Positions 12,496 through 24,808 of a stretch of DNA of 64,000 bases are shown here, in pieces. The notes below the pieces were generated by a model, which was not told the DNA's origin, made no database searches, and saw only the letters and a program-made list of their open reading frames with translations. A program made the position numbers and the translations under genes. The DNA comes from Eledone cirrhosa (taxonomy: Eukaryota). The stretch spans positions 324,322,001 to 324,386,000 of the forward strand of contig OZ024742.1 of NCBI GenBank assembly GCA_964016885.1, written 5' to 3'. Every line of letters starts with the position of its first letter. Position 1 is the stretch's first letter.

Positions 12496-12527
<32 letters not shown>

Positions 12528-13106
12528 GTGTGTATCAATTCAAATGATGATAGTAACTGTGATGAGTAGAAATGGTAGTTCTAAAAATCTGTAGCGTACC
12601 CTTGGAGACCATCTAGCTCTAGGCTTGAAATCTTTAAAAAAGACATAATTAGCGGGTAGAGACTCTATATACTAGTGTTTAATGCATTTACCCGCTTCCT
12701 GAAAAATGCGGGTTTCGATTAATCGCAGGCGTACGAGACCCGATTTGCTAAATCAAACGAAACAACCATACCTATAAATACTACCTGCTAATATAATTAA
12801 CCGTCCTCCCTATCTAATATATTGAGTATTTTACCAATAATTGTGATCTCCTTCCATTGATCAACATTCTACAATATCTATCTATCTATCTATCTCTCTG
12901 TCTGAAGCGTGGAAAATTGCCGGTAAGATTCTTTGTAAATTTATATACGAAAAACAGAACAAATTGTTTGAAAAAACATATTATTTTGTAGATTAACCCC
13001 GAAGATGAATTGTCAGCTGGGTGGTAATCCCATTTTTCTCCCCTTTAGGGGCGAAAATTTAATTTAAAAATTGTTATAAAATATCAAATTTTGCCAACTA
13101 TAAAAC

Positions 13107-15024
13107 ATGAATAACACAAAGGGAACGCTGGAGAACGTAAACAGAGAAAATAGAGAGAAAGAGGCAGATTTTAACGTTATATCTGCTTCTGCTACTATGG
13201 ACGTCGTCATAGATACGACTCTTAACAAAGAGGAAAAAATGTTACCACTCGAAAATTGTACAATTTCTACCGTCGAAGCGGAGAAAAATAACACTAACTC
13301 ACATGTAAACACAGAAATTAAACCTATTAACATACATACACATGGAAAAAACATCAACAACTCCACAGATACATCTACACATAAAGTTTCACCTCGTCAA
13401 CGAACTGAGATTTCCAACACCGAGGCTAACAACGATAACAACAACAATAACAACAACAACAGCAACACCACACAAAAAAAGAAAATGTCTTTTGCTGAAA
13501 CAGTGAACAAAAAACAAGATTTTATAAATCTTGACATCTCCAATGCAAGAGATATGCTCCAGCAAGGGAGAAAATTTGTAACTTTCGAAGAGAAGGGTGG
13601 GTTTAGAATTAACTCACTCCTTGAAATAAAGGAAGACACAGTTGGAAGATCAGTCACCTTTAGGACTGCGTCCAATTCCACGAGAAAGCCGATATTTGTT
13701 AGTCAAGCAGATATAGAAGCTACTTTCAAGGAAATTCTAGCAAATATCGATTTTCTCCAACGAGGAAAACAGTACGGAAGTGTTTCCGTACTGTTTAAAA
13801 GCGAGGCACTCGCCCCAAAACATTCTGTGACACCAATGGCGTCAAAAGCATTCACCTTTTTCCCTACATACATGGGAAAAAGGAGACAAAAAAAAAATAT
13901 ACCCCCAAACATTAACATCTGGTGGATCTTAGCTGGCTTCGTAGAGCCAGAAACTGATGTGATTCTTTCGATACGAAAGTCTATTCGACAAAGGTGGGCG
14001 GGTACTGATTTGGAAATTCTGTTGCAAATGAGGCCGGAGAGAATCTCCAAAATACCCGAAAGTGTCGTCATCGATGATAAAAAAAACAAAAACATTTCGG
14101 TAGAAGAACGAAAATTTCATTGCTTTCGCTGTGGCAGCACAGCTCACCTAAAAGCCTCTTGTCCTTCACAAACACACCACAACAACATCATTAAAAAAAA
14201 CACTATTACCAACACCAACACCAAAACAACCACCACCACCACAAGTACAACGACAGAGGAAACGAGCAACCACACCAAAACAAACAGACACTCAACCAAC
14301 AACAACAGAAAAAACAGAGACAACACCCCTGAAGAACACAGCCCCACCCCATCTCATTCCATCAAAAACTACCATAAACACACACACCGAAACACCACCA
14401 CCACACAACATACCCCTACCCCACACTCCTGACGATGATTATTCATCGACGGATGAAGCTGCTTCTCCTTCTTTAAGTGAAGAAGAGGGAGAGCCGCGGA
14501 AATCTAAAAAACAAAAAAAAGAGACACCACAAAACCCCCCAAACTCCAATCACCAACACTAAAACACAACCACAGACACAAACAACAACACAAACAATAC
14601 CACAGTCAAAAATCCCCTTACCAGCAAAGCCAACACCAACACCACCCCAAACACAAGCACCCACCATAAAAAGAAAACTCCCGGACGAACAACAAATTAA
14701 AACAACACAACAAAAACACAAATAACAATATGCATACATCAACACAAACAACAAGAATTTGATGGAGGTCATCTCCCCAAACCCCAAGGTGGCGACGGAG
14801 GAAAAAACTTTCGTCAAGGCAGAATCCTCTCCACACCTTAATCTTATAAGGGTTTCTATGGAAACCTATAATGACCTAAAAAATAAACTTTCACAGGAGG
14901 TGGGCAACCCCTGCCAGAAACCCATCAACCGCGTCCTGTTAAAATGTTTCCCCACCCACCCAACACCCCATCCAGCACCCAAATGGAGATTGAACAACCC
15001 GATCTCCAGAAAACGAAAAGGTAA
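13107..15024 (+). pseudogene. LINE ORF1 (gag-like, zinc knuckle), frameshifted
   Basis: CFRCGSTAHLKASC. Homologous to 42928-44808 (LQRGKQ.GSVSVLFKSE, FFPTYMG, NIWWIL, QMRPER). Confidence 0.8.
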
Positions 15025-15066
15025 GTGCACCTTTCGTTCTTTTTCTCCAACTCTTTTTCACTAACA

Positions 15067-16547
15067 TGGCTAGTTTACGAGTTGGAAGCGTGAATGTGCG
15101 TGGCCCTGGAAACAGGGCCAACTTTTAAACGACCTTAGGTCACACGGTATGGATGTGATAGCCATCACCGAGTCCAGGATCCACAACAGGCAGCAACTAA
15201 CCCCCATCTACGACGACTTTGAGATCTACGCATCTCTCTGTCAGCCAGGAGGTGGAGGGTGAGTGGCTGTCATGTTTCGGAAGAACCTGGACGTCGAAGT
15301 ACAGCAAGTACACTTGGACCCGGAGGGTAGCCTGGTAGTCCTAGATGTGAACAGTATTGGAGGTGGAGCCTTCAGACTGGTGGCCGTTTATGCCCAGACC
15401 GGGCAATCGCAATCACTTCTTTAAGCGTCTAGAGACTTTTATGGGAACGTCTTGCTCCTTACTTTTAGTGTGGGACTGGAATGGTATCCTAGATGCACGA
15501 TGGAACTATGTAGGAGCATGTCCCCGTAGAGAGGGTGCAACAGCCTCAAAACTTTAATCGGCCAATTCCAATTGGCCGATAGGTATCGACTGGATTTCCC
15601 GACTGCATCACAGTGGACGTGGGCAAACAGCAGCGGGACATATAGATCATATTTAGATAGGTTCTTCATTAGAGAAAGGGACAAGGAGATGTTAAGCTGT
15701 CCACGAATGCACATGGTTGCCTATTCAGATCACAAATTAGTCGTCTGCTTATTCAACCGTGATAGAACAGATAGACAAGGACCCGGATACTGGAAGCTGA
15801 ATGTGTCGTTGCCGGTACGTAAAGCTTACAGTGAACAGATAAGTAGACTAGTCAAGCAACAGTTAACGGGAGCCATCGTCAACAATAAATGGTGGTACTC
15901 TCTCAAGAAAGCAATTAGAATAGAATCGATAGCGTTTAGCATAGAGTTAGCCTTAGAGAAAAACAAAATAGAAAGAGAACTAGTAGCCAAGGTAGAGGAG
16001 GCACTTAGTAGTGGCAACGCGGCTAGCGTGTTAGCGTCGAGAACGGCACTGGACCAGTTCTTCGATGCGAAACACGAAGGCTGCGTGGTCAGAAGCAAAA
16101 CACGTGCTTTAGGAAACGAAGGAGCGAAAGCTGTCAGCTGGGCCCGAGTGGCGGAGGCGAAAAGTGGCAACAAGTCCACGATTCGGTCTTTGAAAGACCA
16201 AAACGGACACGTGCTACTTGACCCCAAGCAAATGTGGAGAGGCAAACCGATGACGTCCGACAGCGTCGTTGGACGCTGGACGGACCGCTGAAATTGCTCG
16301 GGGTCAGGTTCGGTCCAAACCTCCAGGTGGAGAAAAACTGGAACGAGGTCACGGCCAAGGTGTTTGCACTCACTCAGAAGTGGGCAGAGTGCAAACTGTC
16401 CTTGAAAGGTCGAGCGGAGGTGGCGAACACTTTCATAGCGTCCGTCATCTACTACCGCTTGACTGTCGTGCCTTGTCCCCGTGAACACCTCGCCAAGATG
16501 GAACGCATGCTCTTCCAGTTTCTGTGGAAGAAGCAGGCTCCGCTGGT
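15067..16547 (+). pseudogene. LINE ORF2 remnant (APE endonuclease plus post-RT region)
   Basis: Motifs WDWNGILD, YLDRF, SDH, GYWKLN, then a jump at about 16232 to KLLGVRFG..LSLKGRAEV. Confidence 0.85.
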
Positions 16548-16783
16548 GTATGTGCATTCGCGTGCGGGTGCGAATGTGTGTATCTAAAGAAAGATATCTA
16601 TCTATCTACCTGTCTGTCCGTCTATCTGTCTGTATATATATATATACATATGTGTGTGTGTGTGTGTGTGCATGTGTGTGAAAGAAAGACAGATTAAGAG
16701 AAAGAAGTTAATCTAAATGGCTCTTAACATTATTTCTGGTCAATTGAAAACATATATCTGGAAGAGAAGAGATAACTGCGTGT

Positions 16784-16923
<140 letters not shown>

Positions 16924-17347
16924 GTGTGTGTGTGTGTGCGTGCGTGTGTGTGTTTAAAATAGAATGACTGAGAACATTTCAGACAAGACTCAATAGTAAT
17001 TTCCGCTCCAAAATCAAATCTTCATTGTGATGTGCCAATGAAACCAGACATTATCATTTTTTCAGCTCAGTTTTTATGTTCAGAAATACGCAATCATTAC
17101 TCACACGTACATGCATACATATACATATACACACATTCGTACCCGCACACGAATGCACATACATATGTACACACACACTGAAATATAGACATGTCTTTCT
17201 CCCTTATCTACCCACTACATAACGCTTGTCTGACTATCTTTTTCGCAACAACAGTTACATCTCATGTTCATCCCACACACATGCACATATATTTATGTAT
17301 GTGTTTGTGGATATAACCAGATATATAAATCTAAACTCTCTCTCTCG

Positions 17348-17382
<35 letters not shown>

Positions 17383-18335
17383 TTAAAACAATGAAATAAA
17401 AAATCAAGTCATTAGAGATATACTTCACTGCTTTACGATCGTTTCTAGATGATGATAATACATTGTAGCTATACTCCGTTATTGATCTATGTAAGGTTAG
17501 TTACAAAATATCAGATAAAGAGAATATTTACTTACATGCATATCACCAGCTGTTTTCAAAAGTAATAATAATTTTATTCAATAATAATTTTATTCAGAAA
17601 TTAGTAATATGTTAGTATCATGTCCTTATTTGGACGTAGTTGAAGAACTAACGAATCAAATTGTTTTTTTCATATGGTGTTAAGATGAAAAGTAATACAC
17701 TTTAGTTGAGGTCATGACCCTTTGAAAGGAATGGTTGAATGGTGTTAATAGTAGAATTGGCATAAACATCTATTAGGAGGAAAGGGATTGTCAAACTGAT
17801 AGTTGAATGTATCTGGTATAGTGAAGTTTAAAAGGATGTCAAAATAAATGGTGATTAGTGTTGTATTGAGTTTTTAGGTGAATATAAATTAAGGTTATGG
17901 CTAAGAAAGATAGTATATTAAAAGATGAAAATTATAATAAGATAATGAAATACAGTAATGCGATAATATATATCTTAACCAACAGCATATAGTACGGTGT
18001 GGTAAATTGCACTTAGTATAATACAGCATATGATAAGCTCTAAAATACTATCAAGTATGTTTATGCATAAATAATCAAACTCAGATAAATACATGTTGGC
18101 ATAGTTAAAACACATAAATTTCATAGATTACAAAGTGCATATATCCACACTACATATAGAGAGAGGTACAGTTATATTGATATCTAACCAAAAATATACA
18201 TACGCACAAATAGATGCAAACCTAAATACACATTTACACATATGCACATAATCATATACACACATATCCATACATATCTATATACACACATACATATTTA
18301 TATCCACATATATACATATATATACATACACACAT

Positions 18336-18420
<85 letters not shown>

Positions 18421-18610
18421 CACATATATTTATATACACACACACACATATATATGTGTGTATGTACACTACTCATACATGTACACACACTTATATATAA
18501 ACACTCATACACCTATACTCACATATACACACACACATACACACATATATATACATACACACACATACATATACATATATATATATACATAGATATATAC
18601 ACATACAGAA

Positions 18611-18641
<31 letters not shown>

Positions 18642-18890
18642 AATATATTTCCATATCATACATAGATATATATTTACTCATGCAATTACGGGTGGTTGTG
18701 TACCTTTTTGCCTTTAGTCATTAACGCATAAACCTAAGGAAGCTAAAACATTAAAAGGTAAGAAATAAGCATGAATGCATATAATTAGGGGAAAGGGGTA
18801 CTAATAAATGTTACGCTATATAGAATTATAGTGAGTTGCTATTTAGAATATTTAATTAGGTTTATAGTATTTAATTAGGTTTATAGTATT

Positions 18891-19533
18891 TAATTAGGTT
18901 TATAGTATTTAAATGTTCTTCGTATACGGTGATTACAAACTATGATCAGTTCCTGCCTTTTATTTAATAAATCGTCCTTAGATTTAGTAATTTCCAAATC
19001 TCCCCTGAACATAACATGCATTCTCTCCTGTTCCCAAGATATGGAGTTCTTTGTAGAATGGTGTTCCACGATAACTTGAAATCTATTTTTTTCTTTTTAT
19101 AATTATTTACCGCTTCAGCTAAAGATGTGGTGTTAGCTAGTTTAGTATTGTTAAAACTACTAGAGTGTGCGTAAAATTTTTTCTTAAATGTGTTTGATGT
19201 AGATCCTATATATGTTTTGTTGGAGTCTGTAGTAGACACAGTGCATTTATATATTACATTATTAATCAAACAGTTGCCATTTAAGGAGCAAATGCTTCTA
19301 TTTCTGCAATTACAGCCATACGTAAGATGGTTGTTGGGGGTGCCTATACTATTCTCATTAATCCTTGAGTTATTCCTATTGTAATTAATGATAGCAGGAG
19401 AATGAAGGTTGCTTTGTGGGTGGTTTGGTGCTAGGGTTGTATTGTGATTTTGTGTTCTGTTGTTTTTGTGTTGGTGATTTGGATGGTTGTGTTTTCTAGG
19501 TTGAAGGATTGTATTATTTGCCTTTTTATACAA
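18891..19533 (-). pseudogene. Naiad-type PLE GIY-YIG endonuclease domain (one frameshift)
   Basis: CNCRNRSICSLNGNCLINNVIYKC..KTYIGST..FK....H.SSF...W....CMLCSGE, then a shifted frame LLNKRQELIIVCNHR..*. The CxC/CxLC/LNKR.E pattern fits the Naiad group. Confidence 0.85.
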
Positions 19534-19539
19534 AAATCC

Positions 19540-19761
19540 TCCTCATAATATTCAACTTGAAAATTATGAGAGCGCCCTACGGAACATGATTAAAAACATA
19601 AAGTTCAGAAAACACAAATCAGAATTCCAAAAGGGATTGGAATACCCTTCTACAACTGAAAAATTCAAACAAGGTCCATGTCCATTCTGATAAAACTGGT
19701 AACTTGTACCATATGGATATCGATAAATATAACCAGTTTATATATAAAGAACTTAGATAAA
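19540..19761 (+). pseudogene. Inverted fragment of a PLE N-terminal/pre-RT region
   Basis: Translates to LENYESALRNMIKNIKFRKHKSEFQK and, shifted, KVHVHSDKTGNLYHMDIDKY (the DKT/DKG motif of PLEs). Confidence 0.7.
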
Positions 19762-19840
19762 ACTAAAAGCAACAAGGTACACAACCACCCGTAATTGCAT
19801 GAGTAAATATATATCTATGTATGATATGGAAATATATTTA

Positions 19841-19915
<75 letters not shown>

Positions 19916-20089
19916 TTGCGAGGTTTTTTATATGAAATCGTGTGTCGAAACAGATATTGTTATATTTGGGGAGGGTCATATTTGCGTAATATTGCCAGAA
20001 TTAATAACAGAACACACTCACTGTTTGGTTGGTTTTCGCTTCTCGCGTAGACATACAACACAACAGGAGGAACAATGAATATAACACCA

Positions 20090-20117
20090 CTGACGATGTT
20101 GCAGATGTGCAACGAAA
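20090..20117 (+). ncRNA. Hammerhead-like core in pseudo-LTR (second copy 24231-24258)
   Basis: CTGACGA-tGTTGCA-gatg-TGCAAC-GAAA with a perfect stem II. Stems I and III were not convincingly closed by eye. Confidence 0.45.
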
Positions 20118-20312
20118 GATTTATGTAAACTATATATATATGTGTTTGTCTATATTGTATCTGTATTATTTTTGACCGCCGGTCAGTCAATGGCAACATT
20201 GAGGACCGAGTAAGTTAGATCGCAGATATATATATATAAAAGACAGCGAGAAGCGAAAACCAACCAAACAGTGAGTGTGTTCTGTTATTAATTCTGGCAA
20301 TATTACGCAAAT

Positions 20313-23300
20313 ATGACCCTCCCCAAATATAACAATATCTGTTTCGACACACGATTTCATATAAAAAACCTCGCAAAACTAATTCATCGCCGCTATGGCA
20401 TTAGCTTGTGCCAAGCTGAAAGGTTATTGAAAGACACTGTTTTCTGTTATATAAAAACTACAATAACAACAGAACAAATCCGCTTCTTAAAACACTGTGT
20501 TTCCTCCAAAACATACACAACAAACATATCAAAACAAGTAAATAATTTATTATTGAACAAAACACAAGCTGAACGGCTAAAACACACAATAACAGTTAAT
20601 ATGAAAAGAACAACATACACAAAAGTCAACGCACTCTACAGACAAAAACGCATCAACGGTAAGGAAATCCGAAATCTCATCACAGCAAACGAGAGAGATG
20701 ACTTCATGAGCGTCATCCGACGCGAAACGAAATATGCTCAAAACGAATGCTGTAGGCATTTCAAGAAGAAATTAGAATGGATGAATAAGAAAAAACTACA
20801 AGAAAGGAAAATCGAATATTCTCAAAAATACCCAGATAACATCGACAACATCCGTATGAGTGATGTAAAACTACCGGAAGAATTTACCAATGACCACACA
20901 GTAAATATCTATGGGAACACTTTAATCAGTGAACAAGAACAACAAATCCTAAAGTTACCACCAAAATTTGCCATCTACAAAAAGATTAATCCTATGGAAT
21001 GCAAAACGGAGCTGGAAAAGTGTTTCACAAAAATACGTTGGAATGCAAAGGTAAACAACAACAACAATAATAACGGTAGTAGTAATATAAACAATAACTC
21101 TGGGTATAGAAATAACAGCCATAACCATAACAATGGCAGGAAAGTGAGAAATAGTGATAATGGTAATAATACTAGCGATAGACAGAACAACAACAACCAC
21201 AATAGTAATAATAATAGAAACGTTAACCACAGACACAGCAACAGTGACCACAGTAGTAATAACGGTAACAATACGAACAACAACAACAACAATAACCACA
21301 GTGGTAATAATGGAAATAGTACATGTAGCAACATCAACAAAAACAAAAACAAGAAACATAATAATAGTAACAACCACAATGGTAGAAATAGCAGTAACAA
21401 CAACAACAATAACGGTGAAGTAAACAACAATACATCTAGCAATCATAACAATAATAATATTAATGCTAAGGATAGAAACAACAACAACCACCATGATAAC
21501 AATAATAGCAACACACACAACTATGACGATAGAAATAACGACAACCCCTTAGAGAAACTATTTTTCAACCCAGCTGACAAAACATATAAGATGGGTAATA
21601 TCTATCCTACGAGGTTACCCTTTAATAAAAGAGTTTGCATACCACAACAAATAGATGACGAGACGGAGGCACAGTTCACCATAGCTAGAAATAAGATTAG
21701 ACAAGTAGTAGACAGGTACACTATGAGACAGAGCAGACCAGAGGCCCAACAACTTGGGATAAAACCTGTAGAAGGCTTGGTTAGCCTCAAGCAGCGCACA
21801 AGGGATGGTGAGGTAGTGTGTCTACCCACAGATAAGTCTGGTAGGATGTCAATAGATAGCATGCCGAACTACATCGAGGCAATGCAACCCCACATCACCA
21901 ACACGAGCGAAGTTGCACAACTAACACACGATGGGAGAGAAAAAATCCTCAACGCTCACATGATGATGTGGACTGACATCCTAAAGCCAAGCAGACGCAC
22001 TGCCAACAACTTCCAGGCGTCTAACAATGGCATACCACCCTTGTATGGGCTCCGCAAAGACCACAAGACTGTCGACGACCCGACAATAGGACCACCAACA
22101 AGACCTGTATGCGGAGCTAATATAGCTAGCAACTACAGGATCTCCTACTTCCTCTCAATGGTTATACGCCCCATAATCAAGATGTCCCCAGATGTATGTG
22201 AAAGTACAGAGGACCTCCTCAGCAGAATCAGTGAGTGCAACAAAAACAGGAGCCTATCCAACTGCATAATAGGCAGCATGGATGTGGTGTCACTGTACCC
22301 ATCCATTAACATTGATTTTGCTGTGAAAAGATGTGTGGAGATGATCATTGAGAGTGAGGTGGAGTTCTGCGACGTCGACACAGACGAACTGGGCCTCCTA
22401 CTTAGACTTACCTACGACACTGACTACCTAGACAGCCATGACCTTAGATGTTTCTGCCCTAGTAGACCTATAAGAGGTAGACCCCCCACCATAACCTCAA
22501 TGGCTAAAAAGACTCCCATAGGAAGGTGGATTGGGTGGACCAAAGCTATACGGACCCCCCAAAACACTGATCAGGTAAGAAAAATGGTCGCACATGCAAT
22601 AGGGGCTAGTATCAAAACTACCCTAAAGGGCCACATATTTAAGTTCAATGAGAAAATCTACACCCAAAATGAGGGAGCAGCCATCGGCGTCAGCATAGCT
22701 GGCGATGTTGCCAACCTTTTCATGGTATGGTGGGAAAGGAGACTTAAAGATCTCCTTAATGAAAGCTCCATAGACCTCATCATGTACTCTCGTTATGTAG
22801 ACGATATCAATATAGTTATAAGAACACCCCCACTAGAGAGCACTAACAAGTTTGATTTAGAACGTAGCACGATGGAAAGCATCCAGCAGATAGCTAATTC
22901 CATACACCAGAGTATAACTGTAACTATAGACTTCCCTTCCAAACACCCTAACAATAGACTACCTGTATTAGACACAGAACTCTGGATCAACACTATAGAC
23001 GAGAGAGCCCAAATTCTCCACTCACACTATGCTAAACCCATGGCCTCCAAATACCTGATACTCAAAAACTCAGCAATGTCCAGTAGTGCTAAGTTTAATA
23101 TTCTGATCGCAGATTTGGTACGAGTGATGAAGAATGTGTCCAGCATGTGCGACCCAACAGAAATGGAAGGACACATCCAACACTTCATCAACCGCATGCA
23201 GTTCTCTGGCTACAACCAAAGAGACAGAGTCAGAGTATACGAAGGAGCCATGGAAAAGTATAAGACCCTCATAGAACTGGACATGAAAGGAATTTGCCCA

Positions 23301-23951
23301 CTATACAGGAGCAAATCATGGAATAGCTTAGATAGGGCTAGACATAAGATAGGGAAGGCCACATCATGGTACGACAACCAGAGATATCAGAGTGTCATGT
23401 TTGTGGACGCCACCCCTGGAGGGAAATTAGCTAACCAGTGTAGAAAGGCCCTGAGAAAGACCCACTTAAAAATAAAGGTGGTAGAAAAGCCAGGAACCAC
23501 CATAAAATCCCTGATCAGCAAAACCTACCCTTTTAAGAAAACCCACTGTACCAATAGGAAATGTATCATATGTAAGGTGAACCCCCGGATAAACTGTAAA
23601 ACTAGAAACGTAGTCTATAGCATAAGATGTACAGAGGGTACTTGCAGAAACACGACAACAACATACATAGGTGAGACAGCTCGTAGCATAGGTGAAAGGA
23701 TAGACCAACACTGGGGGGAACTAAAAGGACGAAAAAACGGGTCAGTACTATATGAACATGCTAGACAACATCATGACGGTAACATAGACAACATAGAAAT
23801 TAGAATAATATCTAAACATAGGAATGACCCAGCAGATAGGCAAATCAGAGAGGCCAGTGAAATAGAAATTAGAAGACCAAAGCTAAACAGAAAGAATGAG
23901 TGGAACAACAACAACACCCAAACAAACAACACTGACCTAAGAGAAGTATAA
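20313..23951 (+). CDS. PLE polyprotein: RT plus Cys-rich linker plus GIY-YIG endonuclease (Neptune/Nematis-like; clade not resolved)
   Basis: 1212 aa uninterrupted. Motifs TDKSG, LYGLRKDHK, RPVC, DVVSLYPSI, GAAIG, YSRYVDD, LPVLD, C.NRKCIIC, NVVYSIRC..YIGETAR...R..QH, IREA.EI..LNRKNEW. Confidence 0.95.
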   Translation: MTLPKYNNICFDTRFHIKNLAKLIHRRYGISLCQAERLLKDTVFCYIKTTITTEQIRFLKHCVSSKTYTTNISKQVNNLLLNKTQAERLKHTITVNMKRTTYTKVNALYRQKRINGKEIRNLITANERDDFMSVIRRETKYAQNECCRHFKKKLEWMNKKKLQERKIEYSQKYPDNIDNIRMSDVKLPEEFTNDHTVNIYGNTLISEQEQQILKLPPKFAIYKKINPMECKTELEKCFTKIRWNAKVNNNNNNNGSSNINNNSGYRNNSHNHNNGRKVRNSDNGNNTSDRQNNNNHNSNNNRNVNHRHSNSDHSSNNGNNTNNNNNNNHSGNNGNSTCSNINKNKNKKHNNSNNHNGRNSSNNNNNNGEVNNNTSSNHNNNNINAKDRNNNNHHDNNNSNTHNYDDRNNDNPLEKLFFNPADKTYKMGNIYPTRLPFNKRVCIPQQIDDETEAQFTIARNKIRQVVDRYTMRQSRPEAQQLGIKPVEGLVSLKQRTRDGEVVCLPTDKSGRMSIDSMPNYIEAMQPHITNTSEVAQLTHDGREKILNAHMMMWTDILKPSRRTANNFQASNNGIPPLYGLRKDHKTVDDPTIGPPTRPVCGANIASNYRISYFLSMVIRPIIKMSPDVCESTEDLLSRISECNKNRSLSNCIIGSMDVVSLYPSINIDFAVKRCVEMIIESEVEFCDVDTDELGLLLRLTYDTDYLDSHDLRCFCPSRPIRGRPPTITSMAKKTPIGRWIGWTKAIRTPQNTDQVRKMVAHAIGASIKTTLKGHIFKFNEKIYTQNEGAAIGVSIAGDVANLFMVWWERRLKDLLNESSIDLIMYSRYVDDINIVIRTPPLESTNKFDLERSTMESIQQIANSIHQSITVTIDFPSKHPNNRLPVLDTELWINTIDERAQILHSHYAKPMASKYLILKNSAMSSSAKFNILIADLVRVMKNVSSMCDPTEMEGHIQHFINRMQFSGYNQRDRVRVYEGAMEKYKTLIELDMKGICPLYRSKSWNSLDRARHKIGKATSWYDNQRYQSVMFVDATPGGKLANQCRKALRKTHLKIKVVEKPGTTIKSLISKTYPFKKTHCTNRKCIICKVNPRINCKTRNVVYSIRCTEGTCRNTTTTYIGETARSIGERIDQHWGELKGRKNGSVLYEHARQHHDGNIDNIEIRIISKHRNDPADRQIREASEIEIRRPKLNRKNEWNNNNTQTNNTDLREV

Positions 23952-24471
23952 ATAAATAAGTAAATTAAATTAAATAAAATAAGATAAATAAATACATACA
24001 CAAGCACATAAACACACACTAGTCACCCAGCAGACACAACACTATACACACTAGTCACACATCACACATAACACTATACACACACGCAAACGCATGCGCA
24101 AAGAAGACAAAATAAAATAAGATAAACAAACAAGCAAATAAATAAATAAATATATAGACAGACTGAACAAAAAAAAAAAAAAATGGCGTAGACATACAAC
24201 ACAACAGGAGGAACAATGAATATAACACCACTGACGATGTTGCAGATGTGCAACGAAAGATTTATGTAAACTATATATATATGTGTTTGTCTATATTGTA
24301 TCTGTATTATTTTTGACCGCCGGTCAGTCAATGGCAACATTGAGGACCGAGTAAGTTAGATCGCAGATATATATATATAAAAGACAGCGAGAAGCGAAAA
24401 CCAACCAAACAGTGAGTGTGTTCTGTTATTAATTCTGGCAATATTACGCAAATATGACCCTCCCCAAATAT

Positions 24472-24517
<46 letters not shown>

Positions 24518-24705
24518 GTATGTGTATATATGTATGTATATATATATATATGTATATTTATGTGCGTGTGTGTATGTATGTATATATATGTGTGCATATG
24601 TGAGTATAGGTGTATGAGTGTTTATATATGAGTGTGTGTACATGTATGAGTAGTGTACATACACACATATATATATGTGTGTGTGTGTGTATATAAATAT
24701 ATGTG

Positions 24706-24808
<103 letters not shown>

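Larger units (their letters stand above)
12900..16547 (+). mobile_element. Tx1/L1-clade LINE, copy 1 (degenerate, RT core deleted, 3' end missing)
   Basis: ORF1 with a CCHC knuckle. ORF2 from ATG 15067 with APE motifs (SVNVRG, SDHKLV, GPGYWKLN). Collinear with 42676-47697. Confidence 0.9.
19912..24478 (+). mobile_element. Full-length Penelope-like element with direct pseudo-LTRs and an inverted 5' arm
   Basis: Direct repeats 20045-20337 and 24186-24478 (identical by eye). Inverted arm 19912-20046 is the reverse complement of 20246-20380. (TA)n on both sides. Single intact ORF. Confidence 0.95.

Noticed and set aside
15021-15075. Splice donor AG|GTAAGT overlapping the ORF1 stop in both LINEs (also 44805), suggesting an ORF1-ORF2 fusion
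   Set aside because: An in-frame acceptor exists in copy 1 only and is not conserved in copy 2.
17380-19533. Selenoprotein/SECIS signal (reported for some Naiad elements)
   Set aside because: No in-frame TGA at the Cys positions of the visible fragment and no convincing SECIS fold by eye. SECISearch would be needed.
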